Shown: piece by piece, positions 40,090 to 53,717 of the stretch
Position numbering within the stretch: the stretch's first letter is position 1
How the letters are laid out: each line of letters opens with the position of its first letter
Origin: Felis catus
Lineage: Eukaryota
Direction of reading: 5' to 3'
Assembly: GCF_018350175.1 (NCBI RefSeq)
Contig: NC_058368.1
Location: forward strand, 152,584,001-152,648,000
Length of the DNA stretch: 64,000 nt
The notes under the pieces: model-generated
Databases searched by the model: none
What the model was told of the DNA's origin: nothing
What the model saw: the letters and a program-made list of their open reading frames with translations, nothing else
Position numbers and translations under genes: made by a program

Positions 40090-41050
40090 TGATGTCAGAG
40101 AGGTAAAGTGTGTCTAGGATAAAGCTTTTCTGGCTTGGTCAACTCAATGGATAATAATGTCATTTGCTGAGATATAGAACACTTTGGAGGGAGAAAAGAA
40201 AATAAACACAGATTATATACGTGTTGACCTTGAGGTGACTGAAATATCTAGGTGGAAGTTATCCAACAGGGAGTTTATATGTCTGAAATTTGAAAGAATG
40301 ATCTCATCTAGAAATATTGACTTGTGGATTATCAGCAAAAAATGGTAAATGAAGTCACAAGTGTACACAGATTCACTAAAAAAGACTAGGAGAAAAAGGT
40401 GATAAATGAAAGATGACTGAAGAATGCCAACATTTGAGGGTTATGTTGAATAAGAGAAATCTACAAAGAAGATTAAGAAAGAATGGCCAAGGGGTGGCTG
40501 GCTGGCTCAGTCAAAAGAGTGTGTGACTCCTGATCCTGGGGTTGTGAGTTCGAGCCCCACGTTGGGTACAAAGATTAGTTAAAAATAAAATTTTTAAAAG
40601 CAAAGAGTGGCCAAGAAAGCAATATACAATGGTGGGTTTGACTATCTGTGTTTGACGGACGGCTATGATACTTTCTAGCCCTATGATTTGGGGCAAGTTG
40701 TTTAACCTCTCTGCAATGAAATTTCCACATATGTAAAATGACAGTAATAACACTACCTACCACATAGGGTGTGGCAAAGATTAATAAATTAAAACATATG
40801 AACATTCAAATAGCAATATATAGTACATTATGCAAATGTTAGCTGTTATTAAGTATTACTAGTAGGAAAATCAGAAAGCTGAAGAATCAAGGAGGTCAAA
40901 GACAGTTTTTAGGAGGGGGTGGTGACTGATCAACTACAGATTTCTGATCAAGTTCACTGAAGAATGAGAGTTCCTGTTGGAAAAATCAACTCCCTGGAAG
41001 TGTATATGTGGGAAGAGGATGGAGAGGAAGACTGAGGAGTAATTAGATGA
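40090..41050 (-). mobile_element. LINE-2 fragment with an inserted short SINE (40491-40598) and MIR (~40650-40850)
   Basis: Purine-rich L2 body. MIR core ggggcaagttgtttaacctctctg...tgtaaaatg. Confidence 0.65.
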
Positions 41051-41444
41051 GACAATAAAGGATGCTTTGAAAGTTTATGACCTCAAGACTGTTTAAGGCA
41101 AATAAAGACTCACTGACAAACTCCAAAACCTGACCCCATTCTCTTTAAATGTTTGTTTGGTATCGTCTATTCTGACTAGTAACTACTCCATACTCTTTCT
41201 AAACCAGGCTTCCAAGTCTTAGTGTCTACCTAGGTTCTCACTCTAATTATCCCTATATTCTCCATTATACTAACTTCTTTGGTTGCATTTAGGATTCCAA
41301 CCTTACAATTTTTATGCTCTTGTCAGTTTTATGACTGGCATATTTTTAATAATTTCTAAAATTGAGTACTTACAAGAGGAATACAGCACTAAGTACCCTA
41401 TTTTTATTTACTTTTTTATAAACTATGTGAAGTGAATTAAAAAA

Positions 41445-41878
41445 AAATTTTTTAATGTTTATTCATTTATTTTTATTTTTTTTTAACTTTATTTTATTTT
41501 TAAGACAGAGAGAGACAGAGCATGAACGGGGGAGGGTCAGAGAGAGGGAGACACAGAATCTGAAACAGGCTCCAGGCTCTGAGCTGTCAGCACAGAGCCC
41601 GACGCGGGGCTCGAACTCACGGACCGCGAGATCATGACCTGAGCCGAAGTCAGCCGCTTAACCGACTGAGCCACCCAGGCGCCCCTGTTTATTCATTTTT
41701 GAGAAAGACAAAGTGCAAGTGGGGAAGGGTCAGAGAGAGGGAGATACAGAATCCGAAGCAGGCTCCAGTCTCTGAGCTGTGAGCACAGAGCCAGCCCAAC
41801 ATGGGGCTCAAACTCACCGACCGCGAGATCATAACCTGAGCCCAAGTCAGACTCTTAACCAAGCCACCCAAGCACCCC
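41445..41878 (-). mobile_element. Young SINE (41469-41685) nested in the tail of an older SINE
   Basis: Inner TSD tgtttattcattt at 41456 and 41686. Outer TSD taagtaccctattttta at 41390 and 41880. Confidence 0.93.
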
Positions 41879-42629
41879 ATAAGTACCCTATTTTTAAAGT
41901 GATAAATACTTTTGTAAGGTTCTTCCTTTTTTTGCTGGTTCAGCTCCTGGTAAAAGGAAGCATTGCTTAACTCCCTAACACTGTTGTATCAATCTTCCTT
42001 ATTGTAGACAAGACCTTCTTTCCTCTAATGTTAAGCTAACTGCCCTTTCATCATTCTTCATTTTAAATAAGGAATCAGCTGAATACCCCCAAATAATCTC
42101 TGTAAACTTCTTCTCTATCATTAATACACATATTTTAGTCCAAGCCCTGATCATCTTCACTTGAATTATTCCAACAACCTCCTTACTGGGTCCCCTCCAA
42201 CTCACCAGCAGGTTTCCCTACCATTTTGTAGTACTCTTGTTAAACCTTATAAGCAGTGTTCTTACTATATAGATCAAACTTTTCCTCAGTTCTCTCAAAG
42301 TGCTTCATCCCAATCACTCTACACCCCTCATTTTTGAAACATCTATTAAACTTCCTCTGTTGTTCACCTTATTTTCTCCTTAAAATCTTCTCCATATCAC
42401 TGTCCTATACCTTTCTCCTCATATACTCTAGTCATATTTTTTTCCTTTTCACCTCATTGGAAATATAATCTATTTTTAATCATTCATATAGATGGCATTT
42501 CAAACTTCTCTTCTTGTAAGACAATTTATTAGGTTCGTTTAAAAAAAATCCATGTCTTTCTCTAATAAAGCTAGTGGACCACACTTTTCTCTTGAATCTC
42601 CACCTTGGTAATTTCAGCCTGGCCCCTAA

Positions 42630-43165
42630 TTTTATTTATTTATTTTTTTAATATGAAATTTATTTTCAAATTGGTTTCCACACAACACCCAGTGCTCATC
42701 CCAACAGGTGCCCTCCTCAATGCCCATCACCCACTTTCCCCTCCCTCCGACCCCCCATCAACCCTCAGTTTATTTTCAGTTTTTAAGAGTCTCTTATGGG
42801 TTGCCTCCTTCCCTCTCTGTAACTTTTTTTTCCCCTTCCCCTCCCCCATGGTCTTCTGTTAAGTTCCTCAGGATCCACATAAGAGTGAAAACATATGGTA
42901 TCTGTCTTTCTCTGTATGGCTTATTTCACTTAGCATCACACTCTCCAGTTCCATGCACGTTGCTACAAAGGGCCATATTTCATTCTTTCTCATTGCCACG
43001 TAGTATTCCATTGTGTATATAAACCACAACGTCTTTATCCATTCATCAATTGACGGACATTTAGGCTCTTTCCATAGGAGATATTTGGCTATTGTTGAAA
43101 GTGCTGCTATAAACATTGGGGTGCAAGTGCCCCTATGCATCAGCACTCCTGTATCCCTTAGGTAA
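42630..43165 (-). mobile_element. 5'-truncated felid L1 3' end
   Basis: CTPMFIAALSTIAK...DEWIKTLW...MLSEISHTEKDRYHM. Highly similar to the L1 at 6790-7261. Confidence 0.95.
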
Positions 43166-43510
43166 TCTTAGTTACTATCCATCATCAACCTTCTAAAGCA
43201 CATTTTGTAAATTATTTCTCTACAAAACATGAATTCACATGTTTATGTTAAAAATTAAACCAGATATACTATGACATAATAATAAATGGTACTGCCTCCA
43301 TGAACAAGTTGCAAACCCCCCGCCCAAAATCCAGCTCTTATCTCATCAAGAAATGTGTTTCACTAAAATACTTTATTAAGTTTTTAAATAAAAATTCTTA
43401 ATGTGTCTGTTTTGAACAACTATGAATTGCAGTAATTATTTTTAAAAAATACATAGAACCTTAGGGTCACAGGAAATTTTTAAAAATTCAGTTCATATTT
43501 GTATATATTT

Positions 43511-44890
43511 GGGGGTGCCTGTATGGCTCCGTCGGTTAAAAATCTGACTCCTGATTTCAGCTCAGGTCATGATCTCATGATTCGTGAGATCAAGCCCCAC
43601 GATGGGCTCCAACCTGTCAGCTTGAGATTTTTCTCTCCCTTTCTCTCTGCCCCTCCCCACTCACGCTCTCAATCCCTCTCAAAATAAACATTTAAAAATA
43701 AGTAAAATAAATTTGTATGTATTTGTATAAACAAGTTTATAAATATGTATGATATTACTATAGAGAACTATGACAGGTAACCAATAAAAGGCTCTCAAGT
43801 ACAAAAATATACATTATAGAAGACTGTGGAGGGAGGATGAAAATTTTAATCAAGGAGAAAAAGGAATGATAAAACTTTTATGCTAGTAAAAGTTTCATGC
43901 TTATACACTGGGGCACCTGGGTGGCTCAGTCAGTTGAGGGTCCAACTTGAGCTCAGGTCATGATCTCACAGTTTGTGAGTTCGAGCCCCACATTGGGCTC
44001 ACTGCTGTCAGGACAGAGCCTGCTAGGGATACTCTGTCACCCTCTCTCTCTGCCCCTCCCCAGCTCATACTCTATCTCAAAAATAAACATTTAAAAGGAG
44101 AGAGCGAGAGAGAGAGCATATAAAGAGTATTCTAACAGTCTAATTTTTAAATATCAATAGTGACAACATTTTTGAAATTATATCCTTTAAGTCATTAGGA
44201 AGTATTTAAACTCACTTTAAAATGTGCAAGGAGGTACACAGTAAATACATTTCAAAATTCTACTAGGAGTATGACAATATAAAGTTCAAAAAACAGTTTC
44301 CATATCAACGTGTTTACATGAAAACAGATTCTGCACTAAGGATGCAAGATGGACATAATGACAAATATATAAAATGGACATAAAGAGTTTAGTATTATTA
44401 AAATAAAAATATACCTCCCTTTTTATCAATCCTACTTTGGGGAACCTACTCCACAGAAATAAAGGTAGCACCATTTATTTTTAATTAAAAAAAAATTTCT
44501 TTAATGTTTATTTTTGAGATAGAGCACAAGTGACACAGAGAAAAAGGGACACAGAATCTGAAGCAGGCTCCAATATGGGGCTGGAACTCACCAAGTGTGA
44601 GATCATGACCCGAGCCCAAGCTGCATACTCAACTGACTGAGCCATGCAAGTGCCCCAAACCAATTTTTAAAAACAAAAATTGGGGCACCTGGGTGGCTCA
44701 GTCGGTTAAGCAGGCAACTTCAGCTCGGGTCATGATCTCACAGTTCGTGGGTTCAAGCCTCATGTCAGGCTCTGTGCTGACAGCTTGAGAACATGGAGCC
44801 AGCTTCGGATTTTTTGTCTCCCTCTCTCTGCCCCTCCCCAGTTTGTACTCTGTCTCTCTCATTCTCAAAAATACATAAACATTAAGAAAA
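43511..44890. mobile_element. Four SINEs (+43511-43710, +43910-44096, -44475-44656, +44682-44890)
   Basis: Recognisable heads and tails for each copy. Confidence 0.9.
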
Positions 44891-45391
44891 TTGTTTTTTG
44901 GTTTTTTAACTTTTTTTTTATTTATCTTTTTTTTTTGTTTTTTTGGGTTTTTTTTAAGAGAAAAACAAAAAATCACCAACACCCCAAGTATTTTAGATAA
45001 TACATATTTATATTTATATATTACACATATTATTTTTATAAGCACAAAAAAAGGTATGGAAAGAAACACCCCAAAGTGTGTTATTTCAGGAAGATGAGGC
45101 AGAAAAAATTTTTCCTTATATATTTCTATATTCTCTTAAAACCTGAGTAAGGAGACAAGATAACACATTTGGATGTCTTTTAATACTGAAACTAGACTCA
45201 TGGATTTAGAAATAAACGGAAATCCAAGTATTCACTTAAAAATTTAAAAAGTTAACATCTACCAACATAATACAGTTTTCTACGGAGAGAAAGGAAAAGA
45301 CAAGATAAAAGCACAGAACTTACTTCAATTTGTGCTAATGAACAAATAATTTATTTTGGACAGCATTATGTAAAATCAAATTCAAACTTAC

Positions 45392-45646
45392 CGTACAACA
45401 GTACTGAAGGGCTATTGCATTTAAAGTATCTCCTTCCTGTATATCTTTTGTTAATACTATAATGTCATCAAGTCTATCTCTTGATGTACTTCTTCGGATT
45501 TTCTCTTTTCCTCTGGATCGAAGCTCATACACTTCGGCATCCTCCTCCAACATGTCACCGTCTGTACAATTTCCAAATGCATGTACTTGACCACTTGAAT
45601 GAACTCCTGGAAGAGGAAAACTACGATTCTGATGTCTCCCTGCCAT
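45392..45646 (-). CDS. LYSMD3: LYSMD3 first coding exon (exon begins at 45654, ATG at 45646)
   Basis: Acceptor ttttctctttctttcccccctcag|, donor ACG|gtaagt. 85 aa MAGRHQNRSF...KDIQEGDTLNAIALQYCCT, including the start of the LysM motif. Confidence 0.97.
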
Positions 45647-46559
45647 GTCAAAATCTGAGGGGGAAAGAAAGAGAAAACTCTGGAATGTAGCTGATCCATA
45701 TGACTGAGTTACATGAATCTTACATTCAGGACACATTATACATATATTTTTAAGAATGATTTTAGTTATTTAAAAATTTAGGTTTGAGTTTTAGAGATGT
45801 TAAAGTGCAAAGAACATATCTGGCAGCAGAAACAATGAGAGAGGAGGAAGAGGTAATCCATTCTTATAAACTATGTATCACTAAAAGTGGAGGTGATAAA
45901 CATTTTCACGGAAGTAAACAGTTATTTTTTTAAGGTCAAAAAATTAAGTTCCCCTTATTCTGAGTATGTGAATAAAATTAAGGAAACTTCTGATCATATA
46001 TGTGCAATTTATAATTCTGATAAATCAAAGTACAGGTTTTATATGTACAAACAAAACACTTTAATAAATCCAAATATTCTGGCTTGTTCAGCATTTTAAG
46101 CTTATATATCTTTTGTACTACCTATCTACCTCCTTGGATCAAGTGGACTTCAGTATTTATGTTTAGTATATATAGCATGTGCTTTCTATATAGGTCATAA
46201 TTTTGCCCTAGACCAAGGATTCTTATTTTTTGAAAGTTTTTCACCAACATTTATCAAAGTCCTCATCCAACTCAATTTATGGTCGATAAAGTCTGAATAT
46301 AGTTTAGGCCACTACATTCATTTCTACATCAGAAAAGATACTCTTAAGAATGAGCACTGGCCTAAATTAAAAGCATACATCAATAAGCGTGTATCAATGA
46401 GTACTTTTTGTTTACTTGTATATGCACTCTCAACTGATCTTCAACAAGCTGGCCTATTCTCATTAAAGACTAAACAAAAATAAAAAACTAATTCCACAGG
46501 TCCAGTTCTTGCTTCATATTACATGTTCACATAAGAAAGAAAGTATAGTAGATTGCTTT

Positions 46560-47150
46560 CAGTTATTGTTGTGAAAGATGGAAAGAAGTAGACAAGGAGT
46601 AAAAGGCATTTTGGAGATAAAATACTTAGGACTTAATACTGTGACTCAGAGATCAAGAGACGAAAGAAGTTAAGAATTATGCCAAGATTTCAGATTTGCA
46701 TCATTGAGGAAATGGTGATGCCATTCTCTAGAATACAGAACACTGGAAGAAAAGTGGGAGGCTAGACTATGATTATAAATTCCTTTAAGACAGCCCAAAA
46801 GAATGTGAAGTAGCCCAGGAAGCTACATAGTCAAATTCAGAAAGGTCTGGGCTAGAAATATAATTTAATGACTCATGTGCATAGGTAGAAACCGAAGCCG
46901 TATGGGTATAAAGGAGACTACCTAGAAAAAGTACAGAATAAGAAAAGAGGAGCCAAGACTGAGCCTTGAAGAACTGCTTGCTACGTGTAGTAGTATGTGA
47001 GGGAAGGAAAATCAGCCTGCAAATATGGAAAAGGAATATTCAGAAGAAGAAACCATAAAAATATTATGTTATGGAAGCCAAGCCCAAATGGTGTCTTAAA
47101 GGACTTAGTTCAGTTGTGAATACTACAGACAAATATGAAGTGACAAAGAG
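46560..47150 (-). mobile_element. LINE-2 fragment in LYSMD3 intron 1
   Basis: L2-like motifs atggtgatgccatt, aggtctgggctaga and gccaagactgagcct. Confidence 0.6.
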
Positions 47151-48189
47151 AAAAAAACAAGCAAAAAACAACTCTCTGACTCTGCTGTACAACAATGCAA
47201 TGCTTTAAGACCTCAAGGGTTTTTATTAGACCAACCTAGATAACTAATAGTTACATGTTAAGTAGACTTAAAAGTTAAGAACCACTTAATATACACTAAT
47301 TTAAATGTGGTCATACTTCCCTATAGATTCTTCCTCCCTAATAATTTGTTGTTAGAATCCCAAACTGGCTTAAAACAGTTGAAATTCAGTGAGCAATGTG
47401 CAAAGCCATTTTACATATTGACATCAAACTTTCTCCAGAGTCTATTGCTAAATACTAAATAATACGACTAGAACTTCATCTCACTATCTCTTCTCTTGTG
47501 TAATGAAATGCAGGCAGCAGACTACCACAAAGTGGATACTGTTTTTGAATAATCAAGAACTGGTGGTGACTCCAATGGAAGTGGAAAGCTAGTCACAGGC
47601 CCAAGCAGATAATTATCTAAGCCGACTATACAGAGAGCAGAAAGTACATAGTATTCATCTCATCTGGCTCAATTTTCTTCACCTGTCTTAATTCTTAGGG
47701 TAGGGGGAAAAAAACCCTGCATGCCACCTAGATTACAAACCATGGCAAAAAGTAATTACTAATGGATACGTTATTAAAGCATTTAACCAGCTCACTCTGT
47801 AACTGTAAATTGTTTCCCAAACACCTTCATACTTTAAAGTAACTGTTGTTGGGTGTTTTGCTTTGACTTTCTTTAAGCAGATAGGGCCATAGGGTCATAG
47901 GGCACAAGGTAGTTCAGCACTGGGACAGTAGTAACACAGGGACTGTATCCGCCAGGGGCAATTCAGGTTTTAAAAACTTCTCTTCCTCTCTATTCCACAC
48001 ACCTAGATTTTTTCTTTCCCTGTTTACATGATGATTAAATCTCAGGTTTTTACTCCACACCGTCACACTTGGACGGTGTGGACGAGATGTTGCCAGCATA
48101 TATTGTCGTGGGGTAAATGTAGTGTTTAGGTTTTAAATGCGTGGCTCTGAGAACCAAACAGGTAGGAGTCCTTCCTCTGACCCTGTTTC

Positions 48190-48900
48190 CCCGAGAGTGT
48201 AAAGAGGGGCTTCGGTGGGGTTGGTGGCGAAGATCTCCTCTGCCTTGGGGTCTCCTACATGCAGGCCAGGATCCGAGTCCCAACCGGCGGCCCTGGCTAT
48301 ACCTGCGGCCGAGGGCTCTCCGCCATCTCCAGCGAGAGTGTAGCAGGGCCCAATCCCGCCGACCGCCATCTTTACCTGTTCGGTTAGCAGCGGGGACGCA
48401 ACGAGGAGCCCGCTGCCAGGTCCGCCGCCGCGGCTCCTGTCCCGGGCAAATTCATGACCAACCTTGCGCTTTTGGCTGCCCCTGCCCTCTGCCGCCACCG
48501 CCGCCAACGTCTCTGCCTTCCGGGCCGTGCGCCGCCGCCACGTCCGCAAACCTGCCGTGCGTCATCGCGTCAAGTGGGCGGAGGTGGGCAGAAGAGGGGG
48601 AGGAGGAGGAGGAGGCCGGAGGTGGAAACGGGCGGGGAAGGAGGAGGGCGGGGACGCGAAGGCGAGACCAGGCCCGGAGGCTTCTTAACCACTGGCCTGC
48701 GCCTGGCGCGCAGGCGCAGAGACGCCGCCAGGGCCGCGGGGGCGGGGTCCGAATTCCAGCTCCGCCCATATCTCCTCTCCTTCGGCCCCTACCCCGCCCC
48801 TCACCCTCCGTGATTGTAGCTCCGAGGGCCAACCCCGCTGGTTAACCCGGTGATCGGGAGCTACCTGCCCGCTGCGCCTTTGTCCTTCGTGCACACAGTG
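48190..48900. promoter_or_regulatory. CpG-island promoter of LYSMD3 (possibly bidirectional)
   Basis: The only GC/CpG-rich block in the window. Several GGGCGG boxes (~48576, 48630, 48646, 48740, 48792), NRF1-like GCGCAGGCGCA at 48708-48718, tandem half-CRE TGACG on the minus strand at 48558-48572, and YY1 motif CCGCCATCTT at 48363-48372. Confidence 0.9.
48376..48560 (-). other. LYSMD3: LYSMD3 non-coding exon 1 (donor after 48463 or 48376; transcription start approximate)
   Basis: GC-rich GGCGGC-type leader inside the CpG island. Minus-strand donors AAG|GTTGGT (48463/48462) and CAG|GTAAAG (48376/48375). Confidence 0.6.
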
Positions 48901-51369
48901 CTGGCAAAGACTGTCTAGAAAATACCCAGGGGTGGGAGTCGGGAGGAGAGAGATGCTTAAGGATATGACGGGCACTGTTGAGCGTTTCTTCTTGCTCTGC
49001 ATCTGGAGGTTTGTCTAGGGTAGAGAAGGTCGCCCAAAAGCTTAGTGTTGACATCCATGTTTTGGAAGATTGTACTGTGCTTATTACTTTTCATGCGGAA
49101 GCTTCTAGACTTTTGCAGAAGAGACAAAATACTGGAGAGAAGTCCTTGGTTGGCGGGGTAGGGTTGCCTCAGTCTTTGTGTTGATAGGTGAGGAAAGTGG
49201 GCCACCTAGAGTCAGGCCCCGGAAAATGTTTGCCCTCAGGCTTTGGTTCTCAGCTTGTTATTCTCAAGGAGTCAAGGCTGTGTACAAATTGTAACTTTGT
49301 TTTGAAAATTAACTAAAAGTCACTGGTAGTCACTGTTGGGGTCTATGAGATACAGTTTGTTAAATAACAAACTCCTTACTTAATATATTATTTTTCTCAG
49401 ATTTGCTAAATGAGTATGATAATGTGTTTGAATTTATGTAAATGACTGTAAAGCATTTTAATGATATGCCTCCTGTTTCCCAAAGTTAACGTTACAGACT
49501 TTGCCCTTTGATGACCATGCTGTCTTATGACAATGTACGTGTTCGACCCAAACAGCTGGGATGCAGGGCGCAGAGCACTTCTTTTCAGAATGTCTGAATA
49601 TTTATGCATCATGAAGACCTTGAAGCTGTGTTTTAAATTACTTTCAAAGAGTGTTTTTGTTTTCTGGGAAGTGTGTTCAGTAAAGGTTAGGAATTCTGCA
49701 CTGCAATATTTTTCTTTTATTTGAGGAGGTAGACACTGCGGTCCACAATGCTACAAAAAGAACTGCAGGAGAAGACTTTTTTTTTTTTTTTTTTAAGTTT
49801 GTCAGAGCTGTTCTGTGTGCTTTTGCCCTTGTGACACCCGTCTGTAACCATTTATCACTGAGACATTTTCTCATCAGTAGACAAAAGATATATTCCCTAC
49901 TTGATATGTAGGGCTTCAGCTGCTCAGCCTTCATGAATGTTAATGTGAATACAACCTTCTTTCTGCGTGTAGGTTACTTTTCTTATTTTAATGTCAATAG
50001 GCAGTGGAATCCATGTGAGAGCCTAAGTGATAGAATTTCAAGCACTTCTACAACACTGCTACCTGTTTTCTTTCTATAAATATTTTTTCAATGATATGTG
50101 CATGTTCTTGAATCAATATTTATGTTTAACAAAAGTGCAGTTATTGAACTTTATATAAATACAATAATAGAACTATATTTTATTATTAAAATATACAAAG
50201 GAAGCAGTTAGCCATGAATTTTGGCCACGTTCCAAAAAGCTGGCCAGTAGGAACAAGTACTTTGTCTTTGAGAAAAAGGATGTCCCCACAGCTGAGCAAA
50301 GCCAAAGGGATTTTCAGTTTTTGAGATCTCATCGGACACAGTTTTCATTAGACGGCTGCAGATGAAAGAATATTTAGTTTTTAGGAATGTGTGTTTCTGT
50401 CACTAGCATTCAAGTTTTGTGATTTGCTCCAGAATAAAAACAGTATTGTAATGAGAGTATAAGTTGATGCAGCTGGCCTAGAGTGGTACTTGGTAATATC
50501 TATCAAAGTTAAAAATGCAATTGACTGAACTATTAAATGGCTAGGTAATTACCTTGGATTCACTTACAGGTACATACATATAAAATGTAATAGATATGTT
50601 CAGGAATGTTTACTACAGTCATAGCCAAAAATCTGAAAATATTCTAAATGTTCATCAGTAGCAGACTGGATACTTCTGATACGTTTATATATCAGAATAT
50701 TGTAATGTTACGCTTTTAATGTTTAACTCCAACAAATGAAATTAATCTATATTTTCTGATTTATTTCTTCATTTACCTAACAGATTTTCATTAGAGGAAA
50801 AGTATATGCGAGACCTTTATTCAAGCCATTGGGGATACAGTGTTTAAGAAGACTGTTTCCTTACTCACAAAGCTTCCATGTCTAGGCACGTGGAAAAATC
50901 TCCAAAATGTATTTTAAAGAGAAAAAGGTAAGTTACATATAAGAGGTATGATGTTATTCCTTTGGAATAGAATTTATATGTAACCCCCCCCCCCATATAC
51001 ACACACACACACATTCATGTATCTATGCAGGGAGATACATTTAATCTTTCTTTCTGGAATGTTATGGAAGGAATTTTGAACAGTGGTTAAAAAGGACTAG
51101 ATGTGGCAGGAGAATAAGAAGACTCTGCATTTTCTTCTTAGCCCTCTCTATATAGATTAAATTTTTATTACCACGTGATTTTATTTTATTAAACAATATT
51201 AAGACTGAACACATTTTATTATTGAATAACTGGACTTGTTTTATCTACATTTAACCAACAATCAACCATCCAACTCTTAATCACTCCAGAGTCTGTTTGT
51301 ACTTTTATTTTCAAATAATAAGTGCCTGGAGAGAAGAACCAGATCAAGTCCCTCAGTAATCAAAAAATG

Positions 51370-52108
51370 AGGGGCACCTGGGTGGCTCAGTCGGTTAAGC
51401 ATCCGACTTTGGCTCAGGTCATGATCTCTCTGTTCGTAGGTTCAAACTCCGTGTCAGGCTCTGTGCTGACAGCTCAGAGCCAGAAACCTGCTTCAGATTC
51501 TGTGTCTCCCTCTCTCTTTCTGTCCATCCCCTGCTCACTCTCTGTCTCTCAAAAATGAATAAATGTTAAAAAAAAAATTTTTTTTTTAATGAAAGGCAGG
51601 GCACCTGAGTGGCTCAATTGGTTAGTGTCCAGTTCTTAGTTTCAGCTCAGGTCATGTTCTCACACTTCATAGGTTCAAGCCCCGTATTGGGCTCTACGTT
51701 CATAGTGTGGAGCCTGCTTGGGATTCTCTCTCTCCCTCTCTCTCTCTCTCTGCCCCTCCCTGACTCGTGCTCTTGCTCTGTCACAAAACAAACTTTTTTT
51801 TTAAAGGAGACTTTTAAAAAAGTAAATAAAAAATACATGAAAGGTAACAGAACACTGAATTATTTTTACTTTTTTTTTTTTATTTCTCTCTGGCAGATTT
51901 CTTTCATCCCTGCTTTTACTGTCTGCTCCTTCCTATGTCCTTTTATCAACCTTTCTTTTTAATTCTACTTTCTAGAAGCAAATCTGAAAAAGACCTCTGT
52001 ACACTAAGGAAATACTTCAACTCAGATGAATTTAAAACTATATTCTGGGATGAAACTTAAAAAAAATCCCCTCGTCTCTCATCATTATGTATATATGTGG
52101 TGGTGGTG

Positions 52109-52155
<47 letters not shown>

Positions 52156-53686
52156 CATATATTTGAATCTGTATATATAGAATCCATATAGAGAGAAAAT
52201 ATTGTGTCTCTTCTCTAGAAGTCTTGGAGAAAAAACAAAGCGCATGATTTAGATATGTTTTGCTAGAGATGAACCAGATGACCTTTCTAGTTGCCATGCA
52301 CCCTATGATTTTAAAATATAGTGATTATTGGGGCACCAAGGTGGCTCAATCGGTTAAGCATCTGACTTCAGCTCAGGTCTTGATCTCACAGTTTGTGGGT
52401 TTGAGCATCCCCCACTCCCATAGGGCTCTGTGCTGACAGCTCAGAGCCTGGAACCTGATTCTAATTCTGTGTCTCCTTCTCCCTCTGCCCCTTCCCTACT
52501 GGCTCTCTCTTGCTCTCTCTCTCTCTCAAAAATAAAGAAACATTAAATTTTTTTTTAAACATAGTGGTTATTATAATCACAGCTCTGCCATAATGCAGTT
52601 AAAAGAAGAGTCAAGGGTACTTCATGAATCCAGAGTTGCTTATAAATGTTAGTAAGTAATTCAGGAATATTAAATATGACTTGAAAACAAGCATTCTGGG
52701 GTACCTGGGTAGCTCACTTAGGCACCTGACTTCAGCTCAGGTCATGATCTCACTGTTCGTGAGTTTGAGGTCCATGTTTGGTTCTATGCTGAGAGCTCAG
52801 AGCCTGGAGCATGCTTTGGATTCGGTGCCTCCCTCTCTCTCTCCCTCCCCCACTCACTCTCTGTCTCTCTGTCTCTCTCTCAAAAATAAACATTAAAAGA
52901 AGAAAGAAAGAAAACAAGCATTCCAATCCCTCTGTCCATACAGGCATTACTATATGAAAACTAGTCTCACAAATACTGTTCTTAAGTTCATTAGCTAAGT
53001 AGTTGGTACATATAAAAATGAAGGGTTGTGCGTTTATAATTCAATAGACTGTAACTTAAATGCTTTGTTTCCCATAATCTTTACAATCTCTATGGTTACA
53101 TAAGTAAATTGGTGCAGGTGAATGCCCTAGAAGCTGTAACCTAGAAGCTTGCTATTGTGCCTACTCCTCCAAAGACCTAAATGGTCAGACAGAATTCAAT
53201 TAAGCCCACTTCACCAAAAGAAAACATTAAAAGGATAAACCAGTCTATGGAATTGGGTGAGAGCAAAAGGTGATTATCCAAAGTGGAGAGTAAGTCAAAA
53301 TAGAGTCCAGATGGTGGACATCCAGTTAGATTTCTTAGATGTTCAATAGTGTGCTCATGGAGTCAGGAAGATTAGGGGGTAGGAAAACAAAAGGGGAGAA
53401 TTGAAGAGGCAACAATGTCTTTCCATTCTAGTCTGCTTCTCTCCCAGTGGGTAGAGACCACTTCTTGACAATTGTCAGCTTGACCAACAATACCTGAAAA
53501 ACCAAACTAGAGGTTCAAAAGCAAAACTTTCATTCCCATATAAAGAATCATAGAACAGGGGCATCTGGGTGACTCAGTTTGTTAAGCATCCCACTCTTGA
53601 TTTTGGCTCAGTTCATGATCCCAGGGTCATGGGATCATTGAGCCCCACATTGGGCTCCTATACTGGGTGTGGAGCCTGCTTGAGAT

Positions 53687-53717
<31 letters not shown>

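Noticed and set aside
48133..49002. Long overlapping ORFs (up to 234 aa) in the CpG island
   Set aside because: Low-complexity R/G/P/A-rich frames are expected from stop-codon scarcity in GC-rich DNA; no recognisable domain.
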